A stretch of DNA of 64,000 nucleotides from Lama glama (Eukaryota), in NCBI GenBank assembly GCA_028534125.1, contig CM052817.1, forward strand, positions 27,592,001 to 27,656,000. Reading direction: 5' to 3'. Shown in pieces: positions 10,930-23,303 of the stretch. The notes beneath the pieces were generated by a model. It was not told the origin of the DNA and ran no database searches. It worked only from the letters and a program-made list of their open reading frames with translations. Both the position numbers and the translations under genes were made by a program. Each line of letters opens with the position of its first letter. The first letter of the stretch is position 1.

Positions 10930-13044
10930 AACATATACTTTTAAATAATTAAAAATACTAGTTTCTCTAGTGAACATACATTTTAAAAAGGTTTTTTTAA
11001 ACTTTTTTTTTATTGAGTTAAAAAGTTTTTTTGACTTTGCATAGAGCACTTGTTTTTTCATGTATTTATGCCTTGCCTCATTTGACGCAGATTTGAGATG
11101 AGAGGATGCTCCTTTAAGTACTACATACCAAATCAACACACACATGCTTTTGCCTTAAACATGAGATTAGTAAGTCTAGGTTTAAAATAAAAAGATAGAA
11201 ATTGACCTGTGTATTTTTTTATTCCTGTCTCTAAATCTGCTAGTATTACCATAAGAAAAGTAAAATGGGAATTTAACTCTCCTTCCAACCCCTTAAATAA
11301 CTAATAGGAATATTGACAGTTATAAAAGGTCATTTTGACAGGCTGACAGCATAATTCTGTGTAGTTCAAGTTAACGATAGGATTAACCACAGTATGTGCT
11401 TCATAGGGTTTTTGTGAGAATCATTCAGTAAAGAGGTGTCAGGTGTTGTAATTGCTGGTGGTGTGGTACTGAACAAGACAGACACCATTTCCACCTTTTT
11501 TTGGAAATGAGAAATGAGAAAACTTGTCCAAATGATGTAAAAGAAATAAGCAGAGTAGTAGGCTAGGACATAGCCAGCAGGGATCTTGCCCAGGATTCCA
11601 GCTTTTCTGAAGTGGTAGTGACTAAGCCAAGGCATGTAAAGTGAAAATGAACAAGCCAGGTGAAGATCTTGGGCAAAAAGCAATCCAGGCAGAACAAACA
11701 GGAACCCTGCAGACCATATTAGTAGTATTCAGGAGCAGAAACAGATGTACTGTGGCTGTGGTATGGTTGGAAATGGCGTGCCAACCATACCGTGTAGAGA
11801 ATGGGTGGGAAAGGGGAGAGTGTGAGTAAGGAGATCATTAGAGGGCTATTATAGTTATCTCGGCAAACAAGACTGTGGTTGAACCATGATAGTTCGCAGT
11901 GGAGATGAAGAGATGTAGATGGCTTTGAGGTATGTTGTGGAATATAAATTATAATGTGATAATACAGGCAGAGCATTTAGGACAATGGCACTTTGTCCTT
12001 GATGGTATGTCCTAATGGTAAATCATTAATATATTAGCTTTGGGTTTTTTTTTTCAATTCCTAAGCAAATATTAACAAGAATTAAGCAAGGAAATAGAGC
12101 TGTGTGCCATGAGCAATACAGGAAGTTGCCAGCATCTTCTATTCTTTGTATACTCAGAAAAAAAAAAAAGGATTCCCTATTGCTTGCTCTGTTTTGGTGA
12201 AAAATCACATCAGCAGTAGTCCTGAAGGTTAAGCTACTTGGTCTAGGTCACATTTGTGCTTGCCAGGATGATTAGGCAGAAAAGGGATTTTCCTGCATTT
12301 TTGGCTAATTGAAAGCATAAAAAGTAAACTAGAGACAGCCAGTGTCTATTACATTAGTTGTAAGAATATTAGATGAATATATTATTAATTTTTAATTTTA
12401 GGCATTTTGGGGAAAAATATAGAAACGTATAAGGTACAGAGTTAAAAACTAATCCAGATATTTCACCAGTTACATTTTTAATAGTTGATATCATACTGTA
12501 TTATTTTTTCTCCTTTTTTTTCATGCAACATGATAACATGAATGTTTTTCCATGTTATTTAAAGTTTTTAATGAAAATATAGGGAACTCTCATAACTTAA
12601 TCATTCTATTAGGAAACATTTAAGCTGTTTCTAGTTTCTGCTATGATAATACCATGAAGAACAGTTTTTGCATTCTATATTATTATTTTTGGTCCAGCAA
12701 GTTTCTGCTGTGCTACTCTGCTTACTATTGTGTATTTTAAATTCACACTTAGTAGCCTCTTAAAAATAAATGTAACATTGATTTAGTTTTTAATATGTCA
12801 GTGCTTTAGTAATTTTGGGAAAAAACTGCAGAAATAGTCTCTTAAGTAAAGAGACTGATCTCTGCAAGATTTAGGTATAAATTTGACTCTGGTCCTGAAA
12901 TTAGCCTGAAGTAAAACATACCAAACTGCAAGAAATCTTTTTGTTTGATTTTAGTTATTGTTATTACAGAAGCAATGTACACGGTAGACAGAATTGTCAG
13001 TTTGCATGGGAGAAAAAGTACTGTTTGAGAAGGTACTTTTCTAT

Positions 13045-13310
13045 ACAAAGCAAACTTACAGTTACCAAAGGGGAAAGTAGGGGGGAAGGATAAATTAGGA
13101 GTTTGGGATTAACGTATACAGACTACTGTATATAAAATAGATAAAACAACAGGGACCTACAGTGTAGCATAGGGAACTATATTCAATAACCTAAATTGGA
13201 AAAGAATCTGAAAAAGAACATGTATGTATATATTTGAATCACTTTGTTGTGCACATGAAACTAACACAACATTGTAAATCAACTATACTTCAATAAAAAA
13301 ATTTTTAAAA
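13045..13310 (+). mobile_element. LINE-1 3'UTR fragment
   Basis: ggataaattaggagtttgggattaac...ctaacacaacattgtaaatcaactatacttcaataaaaaa. Confidence 0.85.
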
Positions 13311-13629
13311 AGAGTCTTTGTTCAGGCCCATAGAACAGTGAGCACCAAACTCAGGACTAATCTACCATAGCATAGCTTGTTTTAGAAGTCACCTTGAAGA
13401 AAGGTTATGAATGGTGGATAATATTTTCTACTATCTTTCTGCCTCCTAGAATTAATTAACAAATTCAGTAATTTATTCAACAAATGATTTTTGACTGCTG
13501 TGTATTAAGTATTATATTTGTTTTATTGAACCAAGTGTAGTCCTGTATATTTTTTAGAATATAAAATGTTAAAGATAGTAACATTCTGCAAGTTCTGTGC
13601 AATTTTCTTCTTTTTAAAAAACTTTCAAA

Positions 13630-13729
13630 ATTATTTATATAGTTAGTTAATGGAGGTACTGGGGATTGAACCCAGGACCTTGTGCATGCTAAGCACATGC
13701 TCTACCATTGAGCTGTGGCCCCCTACCTC
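13630..13729 (-). mobile_element. tRNA-Ala-derived SINE
   Basis: tggaggtactggggattgaacccaggaccttgtgcatgctaagcacatgctctaccattgagct. Confidence 0.85.
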
Positions 13730-13817
13730 ATTTTTCAGTCTTGTATTTATGCCAGATGTGTACTTTTAAAGTTACAGATACCTGAAATTCTTCTGAAGTT
13801 AGAAGTTAATTACTTTT

Positions 13818-14418
13818 CACACCTGCACCCCAGTGTTCATAACAGCACTATTTACAATAGCCAAGACATGGAAACAGCCTAAATGTCCATTGACATATGA
13901 CTGGATAAAGACGGTGTGGTATATTTATACAATGAAATACTATACAGCCATAAAACGACAACATAATGCCATTTGCAGCATCATGGATGTCCCTGGAGAA
14001 TGTCATTCTAAATGAAGTAAGCCAGAAAGAGAAAGAAAAATACCATATGAGATCGCTCATGTGTGGAATCTGGAAGAAAAAAAAAAAAGAAGGAAAGAAA
14101 GAAAAAGACAAATGAACATAAATACAAAACAGAAACAGACTCATAGACATAGAATATAAACTTATGGTTACTGGGGCAGGGGAGGGTGGGAAGGGACAGA
14201 CTAGGAGTTCGAAATTTGTAGATACTGACAGGTATATATAGAATAGATAAACAAGATTATATTGTATAGTACAGAGAAATATATACAAGATGTTGTGGTA
14301 GCTCACAGTGAAAAAGAATGCAATGATGAATATATATATGTTCATATATAACTGAAAAATTGTGCTCTACACTGGAAATTGACACAACATTGTAAATTGA
14401 CTATAACTCAATAAAAAA
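13818..14418 (+). mobile_element. 5'-truncated LINE-1, relatively young
   Basis: ORF2 C-terminal remnant (MFITALFTIAKTWKQPKCP), A-tail, perfect 15-bp TSD aagttaattactttt at 13803-13817 and 14419-14433. Confidence 0.93.
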
Positions 14419-17052
14419 AAGTTAATTACTTTTTAAAACAGGTAGCAAGGAATCTATGAGAGTATTACGATAGTGTCAAAAGGACACAGAAGCCAACTTG
14501 AAGAGACTACTACTGGCCAAAAATGGGATGGACAGTTTGAGCATTAGTCAGAATAATGACTAAAATGTATTGATATATATCAAATAATGTTTAAATCTAT
14601 GAAATCATAATGATACTTACACATGGCAAATTATTGTGTCACTGTTGCAGGGTGGTACTCATTATTTTGAGAACTAGAAAAGGGAAAGAAGCATTTAGCC
14701 TGACTCTTCTATATGAACTGTACTGCTGAGTAACCAAATTAATGAAGGGAATTTTCTCTTTGTAGAGGTATTCTGACTAATAACTGAAGTGATAAAACTG
14801 AAATATCACCATTTTATACCCACCTAATGAATAAATAATTCCAGGCATAGAAAAATATAGTAGACACTATCATACAGACAACCAAATATTATGTGGCTTC
14901 TGGTGAAAGAACTCGTAACTACTTATCAAGTAGTGTTGTCCTAGTAAAAAGGAGCCTGGATTTGGATAAAGTGTTTACATCCATGGATTTAAGAACACAT
15001 AGAAGTACAGATTAAACAATACCATAGGAATTAAATTAGCAAAATTCAGACTAGAAAACTACCAGGACAAAAGTTTAGGACAAAGCTGGTTTCTTCAATA
15101 TGAAAATTGTTCTAAAAAGAGATATCCTGTTGAACAGAGACTTAAAAGACATCTCAACCAGTCACAGTATGTGGACTGAAATAGGATCTGTTCATACACA
15201 CAAAAATTATAACACTTCTAATACTGGAAATTGGAAAGAGGATATTTGAGGATATTAAGGATTTCTTTTTTTACTTGTGATGGTGGTATAGTTATCTTTT
15301 TAAAAGTTCTCTCAATGTATACTGAAATATTTATGAATGGAATTATTTTATGTCTGAGATTTGCATCAAATTAATATGGAGGTGAGAAGATACTGGTGCA
15401 GATAAAGATGAAACAGAGTTTGCCATGATAGATAATTGTTGAAGGTGGGCAATGAAAATGTGTGTTTATTGTACTATTTTTCCTACCTTTGCATATGTTT
15501 GAAATTTTCTGTAATAAAATGTTTTAAAAATTAAGGAGAACCTTGAAAAAACTCCAGGATCAAGTCACAGGAACATTGTCTTCTGAGGAAGGATTTTTAG
15601 ATTCTAGTAATCCCTCTTTAAACATCCTAGCACAATTTATAAAAGCGTTTCATCAGTGGGTGAAAAAGAATGTTGACATATTGTCTTTGTTGGTAAATAA
15701 TCACAAAAGTTATTTTGAATAAGTCAAAACACAAGTGGCCGTGGTAAAGAAGATTGGTTTCTTAGGAAAATTTACTTTAGCCCTTGCTTCACTAATTAAT
15801 TTTCCTGGTAGTTTACATATTTTAATGTGAAAGAAGATATGTTGTTATATTTACTTTACTCAGCCTTTAAAGAGTAGAAGCAAATGACCAAAAACATCCT
15901 GGCCTTCAACAGATATTGCCAAATAAATGAAAGAGTAAGTTGACATCAGGAAGTTTTTCAAGAAAACAAGTTCCAAGCTTGAAACTTGAGTGAATACTTA
16001 TGCTGCCTTATGTCTCTCATGCTTTTCAAATTATCTTCAGTGTTCAGAATAATTTACATTCCTAATAAATTCTCTGACCCATTCAGAAAAGGTTTATTTT
16101 TCTTGATTTCAGAAGACAATCTGCACAAGCACATACATGAATTAACATTTTGGGAAGATCATTATTAAGCAGTTAGAGAAGTTTCAACTCTTAAATCCTT
16201 AACCCTCCACTCAGAGAAACTGGACTATCTCAAATGATATAATTTCATTATATCACCTAAAACTTTAGAAGATACATAAATTATATCTAGACAACATTTT
16301 CGAGTTTTAAATACTAATAGAAAAAATAAAAGAGAAGATCACATGAGAGTAGAGACAGAGATATACTTTTCTACCACTTTGATGCAAGCATGGAATCTAT
16401 CTTTCTTCTGTATTTCAGCCCTCCAAAGCCCACAGTCACCCCAGATTCAGCAGCTGAAGTACTTTGTAATTAGTCTTCTATTCTTCCCTCAATTAGACTT
16501 CTCATACACTGAGGAATCTCACCAAATGTTGATCTAATTATCTGATTTTAAAAAATCAGTGAAAATCTGAATGACTGATTAATATAATTCCTTACTGACT
16601 GTGAAATGAAAGAGGAATAAATCTTCAACTAGCAGAAGGAAGACACAGGTAATTTTGAGTAGGAAGCCTTCCTGACCTTCCCCCTCTCAGTTTTTTATTG
16701 TGAAAAGTACATTATGCCAACATTTTTTTTAGCTTGCAACAGCATACAAAATAGAGTATCTTTTGTATTCCAGAGCCCTTGCAGATTAGCTGAATAATAT
16801 GAATGTTCTGTTTGATTTTATGTAATTTTAGAAGTTTACATATAAATAAACTTACAAGTTTAAAAAAAAGGAATATTATCCTTACTTTTCCTTTATAAAA
16901 TATAGACCCTGTATACCTAGGGGGTCAGTGAAACACCTCCATGGAAAGAGTGGCTTTGCATGGCACGTTTGGGTATTTAGCAGAATGAAAAGAGGTATGT
17001 TTTATTGGTATTTATTATGGGTTTGTTTGAAATTTTAAAAATTTTCTTTTAG

Positions 17053-17205
17053 AATGGCAGAATTTAGTGACATTTGGAAGCTTTTCAAACATCGCTCCAT
17101 GTTGTACACTGAATCAAGTAAAGTTTTACTCTACAAATGTTCAGAAAGAAGGACAGGGATCACAAACTCTCAAAATGGAGAAAGTACCGTCATTTGATGA
17201 AACAG
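17053..17205 (+). CDS. SLC30A9: SLC30A9 coding exon 2
   Basis: ttttag|AATGG...ACAG|gtatgt; (E)[50 protein letters not shown]; 153 nt. Confidence 0.96.
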
Positions 17206-17229
17206 GTATGTATAAATCTTTTAAAATAA

Positions 17230-19850
17230 TTTTTTTCTGTATACTGGAATAGTTTGCACAAGATTATTTGTTCCTTGAATGTTTGATAGAACTTATATGT
17301 AAAACCATCTGGACTGGTGTTTTCTTTGTGAGGAGCCATTAAACTGCTAACTTAATTTCTTTTAAACTAATGTTTTTAAATTTTTCTATTTCTTTTTGAC
17401 TCAGTTTTGATAAATTCTATTTTTTTCTGGGGATTTATCCACTTCAACTGATTTATTGACAAAGTTTAAGATACTTTTTGTATACTCTTAGTAGCATATG
17501 TAGTTATATCCTTTTTTTTCATTCCTAATGGTGTTTGTCTTATTTTCTTAATTAACCTTGCCTGAGCTTTGTCCATTTTATTATTTTGCAACTAATACTT
17601 TTTTTTTTAACTTGCAGAATCTTTATATTGTATGTTTGTTTCCTCTTTCATTAATTTCTACTCTTACCTTAATTGTATTCTCCTTTCTGCCTCCTTTGTA
17701 TTTACTTTGTTAATCGTTTTTTAACTATCAGTTAGCTATTTTGCTCATTGATTTTGAACCTTCCTTCTTTTCTAGGGTAGGAATTTAAGCCATGATTTCT
17801 GATGGTAGATTTGGTATTCTTTCCTGATAGTTGTCCCTAAAATTTTGCTTTGTATATTTTGAGGCTATGTTACTGGGTGCATACACATTTAGAATTGCTA
17901 CATAACACTCATGAATTATGCCTTTTATTGTTATATAACAGCTTTTTTTTTTTTAAGGGACATCTCCACTAGATTTCATTAGTATTTGCCTGGTATAATT
18001 TTTCCTGTCCTTTGACTTTAACCTTTTTTTGGCCTAATTTAATAATTTTTGTTTTTTCAACTGAAAGTTTAATCTGTTTACATTTACTGTAATCATTGAT
18101 ATGTTTGGACATATTTTTTCCATTTTATCATGTGCTTTCTTGTGCTGTTTTTTTCCCCCCTTAATTAATTCTTTATTTGCCTTCTAAAAATTTTTTTTCT
18201 CATTCTATTATCCCCTCTCCCTTATACACACACACGTATACACCCTTGCTTGGGATTAATATACTTTATGTTTGTACTAAAGTCTAAAGGTACTTGAAAT
18301 GTTTACTTTGCTTCTGAAAAATACAAAGAACTTAGAATGCTTTAACTCTGGTCATCCCCTCCCAACTTACTTATTTGTTGGCTAGTGTTTTGTGTCTATT
18401 CTCTCTTTCCCTTCTATAAAAAGCACTTTGTTGTTTGTTTAAATTTATCTAAAATCTTTGGTGATTTTTTTTTATTTCTCTGCTCATTCTATCTGATATA
18501 CATCCTACAGGAATTCCTTTAGGTGAGGATCTTTTATGGTAAAGGAACATTTAATGTTTTAATCCATTGTCTTCTGGTTTCCATTGTTGCTGTTGCGAGG
18601 TCAGATAGCATGGCTTTGTTTTCATGTCTTTTTTGTTTGACTGCTTTTTAAATTTGGTTAGCTTTATGCTGAAAGTCTTTTTCTTCGGTGTAAACTGCAT
18701 TTTCACTATGATGTGAATAGATGTATATTTCTTTGTATTTATCCTGCTTGAGATTTGTTGGGCTTCCTGGATCTGAGGATTGTTATTTTTCTACAATTCT
18801 GGAATTCTGCAATTCCTGTCATCCTTTCAAGTATGTATTACCACCTCTCATTTCTCTTTCATCTCCCTTTTGAGATCTTCTTGCTTTATTTTCCATGTCT
18901 CTAAACTTCTCTGTTATACTTTGTACTTCTTTATCTTTCTGGCCTGGATCCTGGATTATTTCCTTAGGTCTACTTAGTTCACTAATTCCCTCTTTAGTTA
19001 CCTCTTATCTGCTGGTTAGTACATAATGCTGGGTTTTTAATTTCAATGATTATATTTTTAATTTCTAGAAATTGTGTATTTTTCACCTTGCTTAGTCTCT
19101 TGTTTCTTGCTTGTATTTCAGACTTCTCTTTCATTAGGCATATTAAACATAGCTATTTTATGTTCTGTGACTGAAAATCCTGTTATCTGAAATCTTTCAG
19201 TTCTTACTGTATTGTCTTTTTCCTATTTCTTGCTCTCTTTCATGACACCATATCTGTTTTTAAACTGAGAGTTGTTTATTTTCCATGTAGTTTTATATCT
19301 TGGAAGAATTTGATATCTCTCTGGATTGAGATACATTCCTGCATAGAGTTTGCACTTGCCTCTGTTAGCTGCTAGGGGCACAACTTGGCACCACATTAAA
19401 TTAAATTGTCAGCTTAAGATTTTTTAGACCACGTTTGTAGCATGAATTCAGACTACAAACTTGTGTGAGCTACCTTATGGCAGCTAGGATTTTCAGGGGA
19501 GTTTTTTCTTCTCTACTACCTAACACCAGAGTGAGGGCAGGCTTGCTTCCTTACTGCTCCCTTCTGTGTGTGTTTTTTCTGGGTCACAGTTATGCCATGC
19601 ATCTAGCTTTTTTTCTGAGTATCTCCTGTTAAACTCTCCATCTTTAGGAGAACCTAGTTTTATTCTTTGTTCTCCCATGCTCCTTACAGCTGTGGAAGTA
19701 GGAGCTCAAAGAATGTAAGCGTTAACAGAAGTCATCAGGAAAAAAGCTGGCTTTGGTGTGCTCTCTTATTCTGTAGAGGTCCTGCTTGAGCTTCATTTTT
19801 GCCCTCTTAAGATCATTTTGCTAGCTTAGCAGTGCTTTTGAAAAATAATT
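17230..19850 (-). mobile_element. Ancient degraded LINE-1 fragments
   Basis: T-rich sequence with antisense L1-like motifs (aaaaccatctggactggtgttttctttgtg; tattttgaggctatgttactgggtgcatacacatttagaattg); boundaries approximate. Confidence 0.6.
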
Positions 19851-19894
19851 TTTTTTCAAGATATCTAGTCGTGTGCAACATTGAAAAGAAGTCC

Positions 19895-21480
19895 TTTATT
19901 TATTCATTAATTTATTCAAGAAGTATTTATTGAGCACTTTTTACATGGCAGCAAATGAGAATGACTCTGAGTTTATATTCTCTTTATTACTAAAACAGAA
20001 AATTAAGCAAACAAATATAATACTATATAGTAAGTACTGTGATGGAAGAAATACTGTATGCTGGAGAGGCACCTAACTGAGTTTTGAGTGGTTAAGAAAA
20101 GTTTCCATAAGGAAATGGGATCTAATTAGTGACCTGAAAAGAAAGTAGGTATTGGAGTGATGAATGGTGGAGAGGGAAGGTAACATTGCAAGTAATATAA
20201 TGTGCCTAGACTAGTGAGTAGAGGACCTGGTGGTGGTGGGGGAGTTGGTAGGTTTGAAAGTACAAGGGGTGAAACTCAAGAAGTAAACAGTAATTAGATC
20301 AGGGTTTTGTTGAGGAGTTTGGACTGTTTTGTAGGTACTGGGAATCTACTGGAGTATTTTAAGTAGAAGAAGTACTTAATCAGATTTAAAATTTTAGAAA
20401 GATAACTAGATGCAGACTGGAAAACAGATTGCAAGGGAGGGAGACTGAAAGCAGTAATACAAATGAGACTCTAGACTAGTTAATGGCAGTGATTTTTTTT
20501 AAGGGAAGTAGATGAACTTAAGATTTAGGAGATGAATAATTAAGACTTGATGATTGAATTTGGGGGACTGAAAGAGAGGGTCAAGTAAAGGACAGTGCAT
20601 GGTTACTGGATTAGGTGATTGTGTAGGTGATTTCGTTGACTGCTAAAATTAGGAATAGCAAAGCTGGCGTGTATCTTAATGAGAAGGTGAGGATTCAGTT
20701 TTGGACATCTGAATTGTAGGTGCCTCTGGGGCATTTTGACAATGACTCGGCAGCAGTTGGGTGTACTGCTTTTCTACTGTGAGACATCGTCACCTCTTGG
20801 CTGGATTGCTGCAGTAACCTACTCCCTGGGCTCCTTGCTTCCACTCTCTTTCTTTCTTAACCAGTCTTCTTTTGCTTCTTAGAGAATACCAAACTTGTTA
20901 TTGTTATAGGGTGTTTGCTCTAGTTGCTTTCTCTTTCCAAGATACCCTTCTTCATGTGGCTGATCCCTTTTGATATTTTACATCTTAAATGAAACGTCAG
21001 CTCTGCACACCCAGTTAGTCTTTAATCTTACACTAATTTTAATTCTCTATGTAGATAGCACTTATTACTGACTGATATTTTCAGTATCTGTTTTATTTTT
21101 GTTTTCCCACTTGTTTTCAGGCCTCATGATAGCAGGAACTTCAATGCCTAAAGCAACTGTTTGCACATAGTAGGAGTTTAATACATTTTGTAAATGAGTG
21201 AATACATAGAGTTATGACCTGGGGATAGAGATTTAGGAATTATTAGCTATACCCAGGTGATAACTGAAGCCATGAGTGTGTTTGAGACAGTATAGGGAGA
21301 AAGTTTAGACTGGGGAGATAAGATCTTCTAGTACAAAATCCCCAGTGAGGAGGGGGCAGGTGGAAGAAGAAGAGCTTGCAAAGAACACATGAAGAGCAGC
21401 AGCCTGGAGAGGTAGGAGAAAAGCCAAGGAGAATATGGTGTTAGGAGAGGGGAGTGTTTGAAGAATAATAAACATTCCAA
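19895..21480. mobile_element. LINE-2 fragments in both orientations
   Basis: attcattaatttattcaagaagtatttattgagcac; gattcagttttggacatctgaattgtaggtgcctctggg; gcacatagtaggagtttaatacattttgtaaatgagtgaat. Confidence 0.65.
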
Positions 21481-23113
21481 GACTGTCTTTCCTTTAGTTG
21501 CATGTCCTTCACAAGGGAAGATTTTACAGATTCCTTGAGAAACCTGTGTCTGTGTTTATGATGCCTGTTTTTCATCCTTTTCCCTGAGCCCCATCCTCTT
21601 TTTAGGCTTATTGTGCAGTTTTAGCCAATTTCTTGTTTTTTCCTTGTGATGGAGAACTGCTAGGGTAAATATTGATTGAGAGTTTGATATTAGAGGATGA
21701 AGGGGTGGAGAGTGTAATGAGTCCCTAAGTTCCAGAAATAAGCATATTTATTAGAATATTGAAATGAAAGAAGAAACAGGTGATGAAATAATATAATTAA
21801 AGGTAAAACATGTTATAATGCTCTTCTGAGGTAAACATTGACTCAGGCAAAAGTATTTAATGTTGGTTCCACTATACAAAATGCTTGAAATTGAAATCTA
21901 TGACTAGGTATCTTTTTTCTCTGCTGACTGAAATTAAAATGCTAGTTTATTTTATTACATTAGTACCACATTGTTTATTGATGGTTTTATTTCAGGTTCA
22001 ATTTTTCAGAATTTGCTTAGGCCAAATTAGACCTTGTTAGCCATCAGATAGACAGCAATTAATTGCTTGATTGAAAGATAATTTGTATATTGAAGAGTTT
22101 GAGATTGACTTTTGAATAATTCAAATCACACGATAAAGTCAGAAACAGCTCATTAAGAGGCAGAGACTTGCTAAGGAATCCTTAAGTTTTTAAGGAGCGT
22201 TCAGATGTTTAAATTTTAGTAAAATCAGTTTTAATTTTACTAATGATAGCAGATGTGTGGCAAACAGCCAGGGCTTGTGCTTAAAACAAAATGTCTAGAG
22301 ATATTCATGGATAAAATGTTGGTTACTTATTGAAATCATAAAACATTTTACTCCAGTGACAGAGCTTAAGTTTATTAAGAGGATGGTGTGTAAAATAAGT
22401 ATTCATACATGTGTTTAAGCCATTTACTAGTGTTTCTTGTTTGTGATTCTTAACACTATATAATTAGTAACATTTAGACAGTTTGTTGTGAGAAGAATAT
22501 CCAGAAATACCAGTTTTAGAACTCATTTTATGTGATTTGTTTGAATGACTTTGATTGCTGTGGAAAGGAGGACAGTAGATTTCAGTTGTTCAGACACTAG
22601 GTGAGTGTTGAAAGCTTATTATTTTACCTCCCTTGTCCCTTCACTTTTCTCCGCCCTGTGTTCTATTCCCCAAAACAGAATTTTAAGAAATTGATATATA
22701 GATTCTACACAAAGATTCTTTAGGATTTGTTTGTTGTGTAGCGAGACAAAAATATCGGTCATTTAAGTGCTCAGTCAAATGTTATAAGCCATAGTTACTA
22801 ATTAAAGAAATATTTTTAAGGCTCTTTAATTTACCAATATGCTGTCATAACCTGCTTAGGATTTGATGAATAATTAACGTAAAGCCTTTTTGGCCTTCTG
22901 TACATGTTTTAGTTAACAAAACATAATATATACCATGTTAAGTAGTTTCCCTAGTGACTTTCACTAAAACTTACATGTAAGATTTTTTGCTTTTATTTCA
23001 AAGAGAGCTTTGCCTTTGTTAGTGCCTATTCTGTTGGCATTTAATTTTTACATAAAAGCATGATAGGAAGGTAAATCAGATAGGCAGAAAGTCTGATCAA
23101 AATAGCAGTAACA

Positions 23114-23303
23114 AAATGTAGAATAGATAAACAAGATTATACTGTATAGCACAGGGAAATATATACGAGATCTTACGGTAGCTCACAGAGGAAAAACTGT
23201 GACAATGAATATATATATGTTCATGTATAACTGAACAATTGTGCTCTACACTGGAATCTGACACAACATTGTAAAATAATTATAAATCAATAAAAAATGT
23301 CAA
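23114..23303 (+). mobile_element. Short LINE-1 3' tail insertion
   Basis: Near-copy of 14240-14415; TSD aaaatagcagtaaca / aaaatagcaataaca. Confidence 0.88.

Noticed and set aside
13848..14345. 165-aa hydrophobic minus-strand ORF and similar F/L/I-rich ORFs in the track
   Set aside because: These are antisense readings of A-rich L1 or low-complexity DNA, many with non-ATG starts
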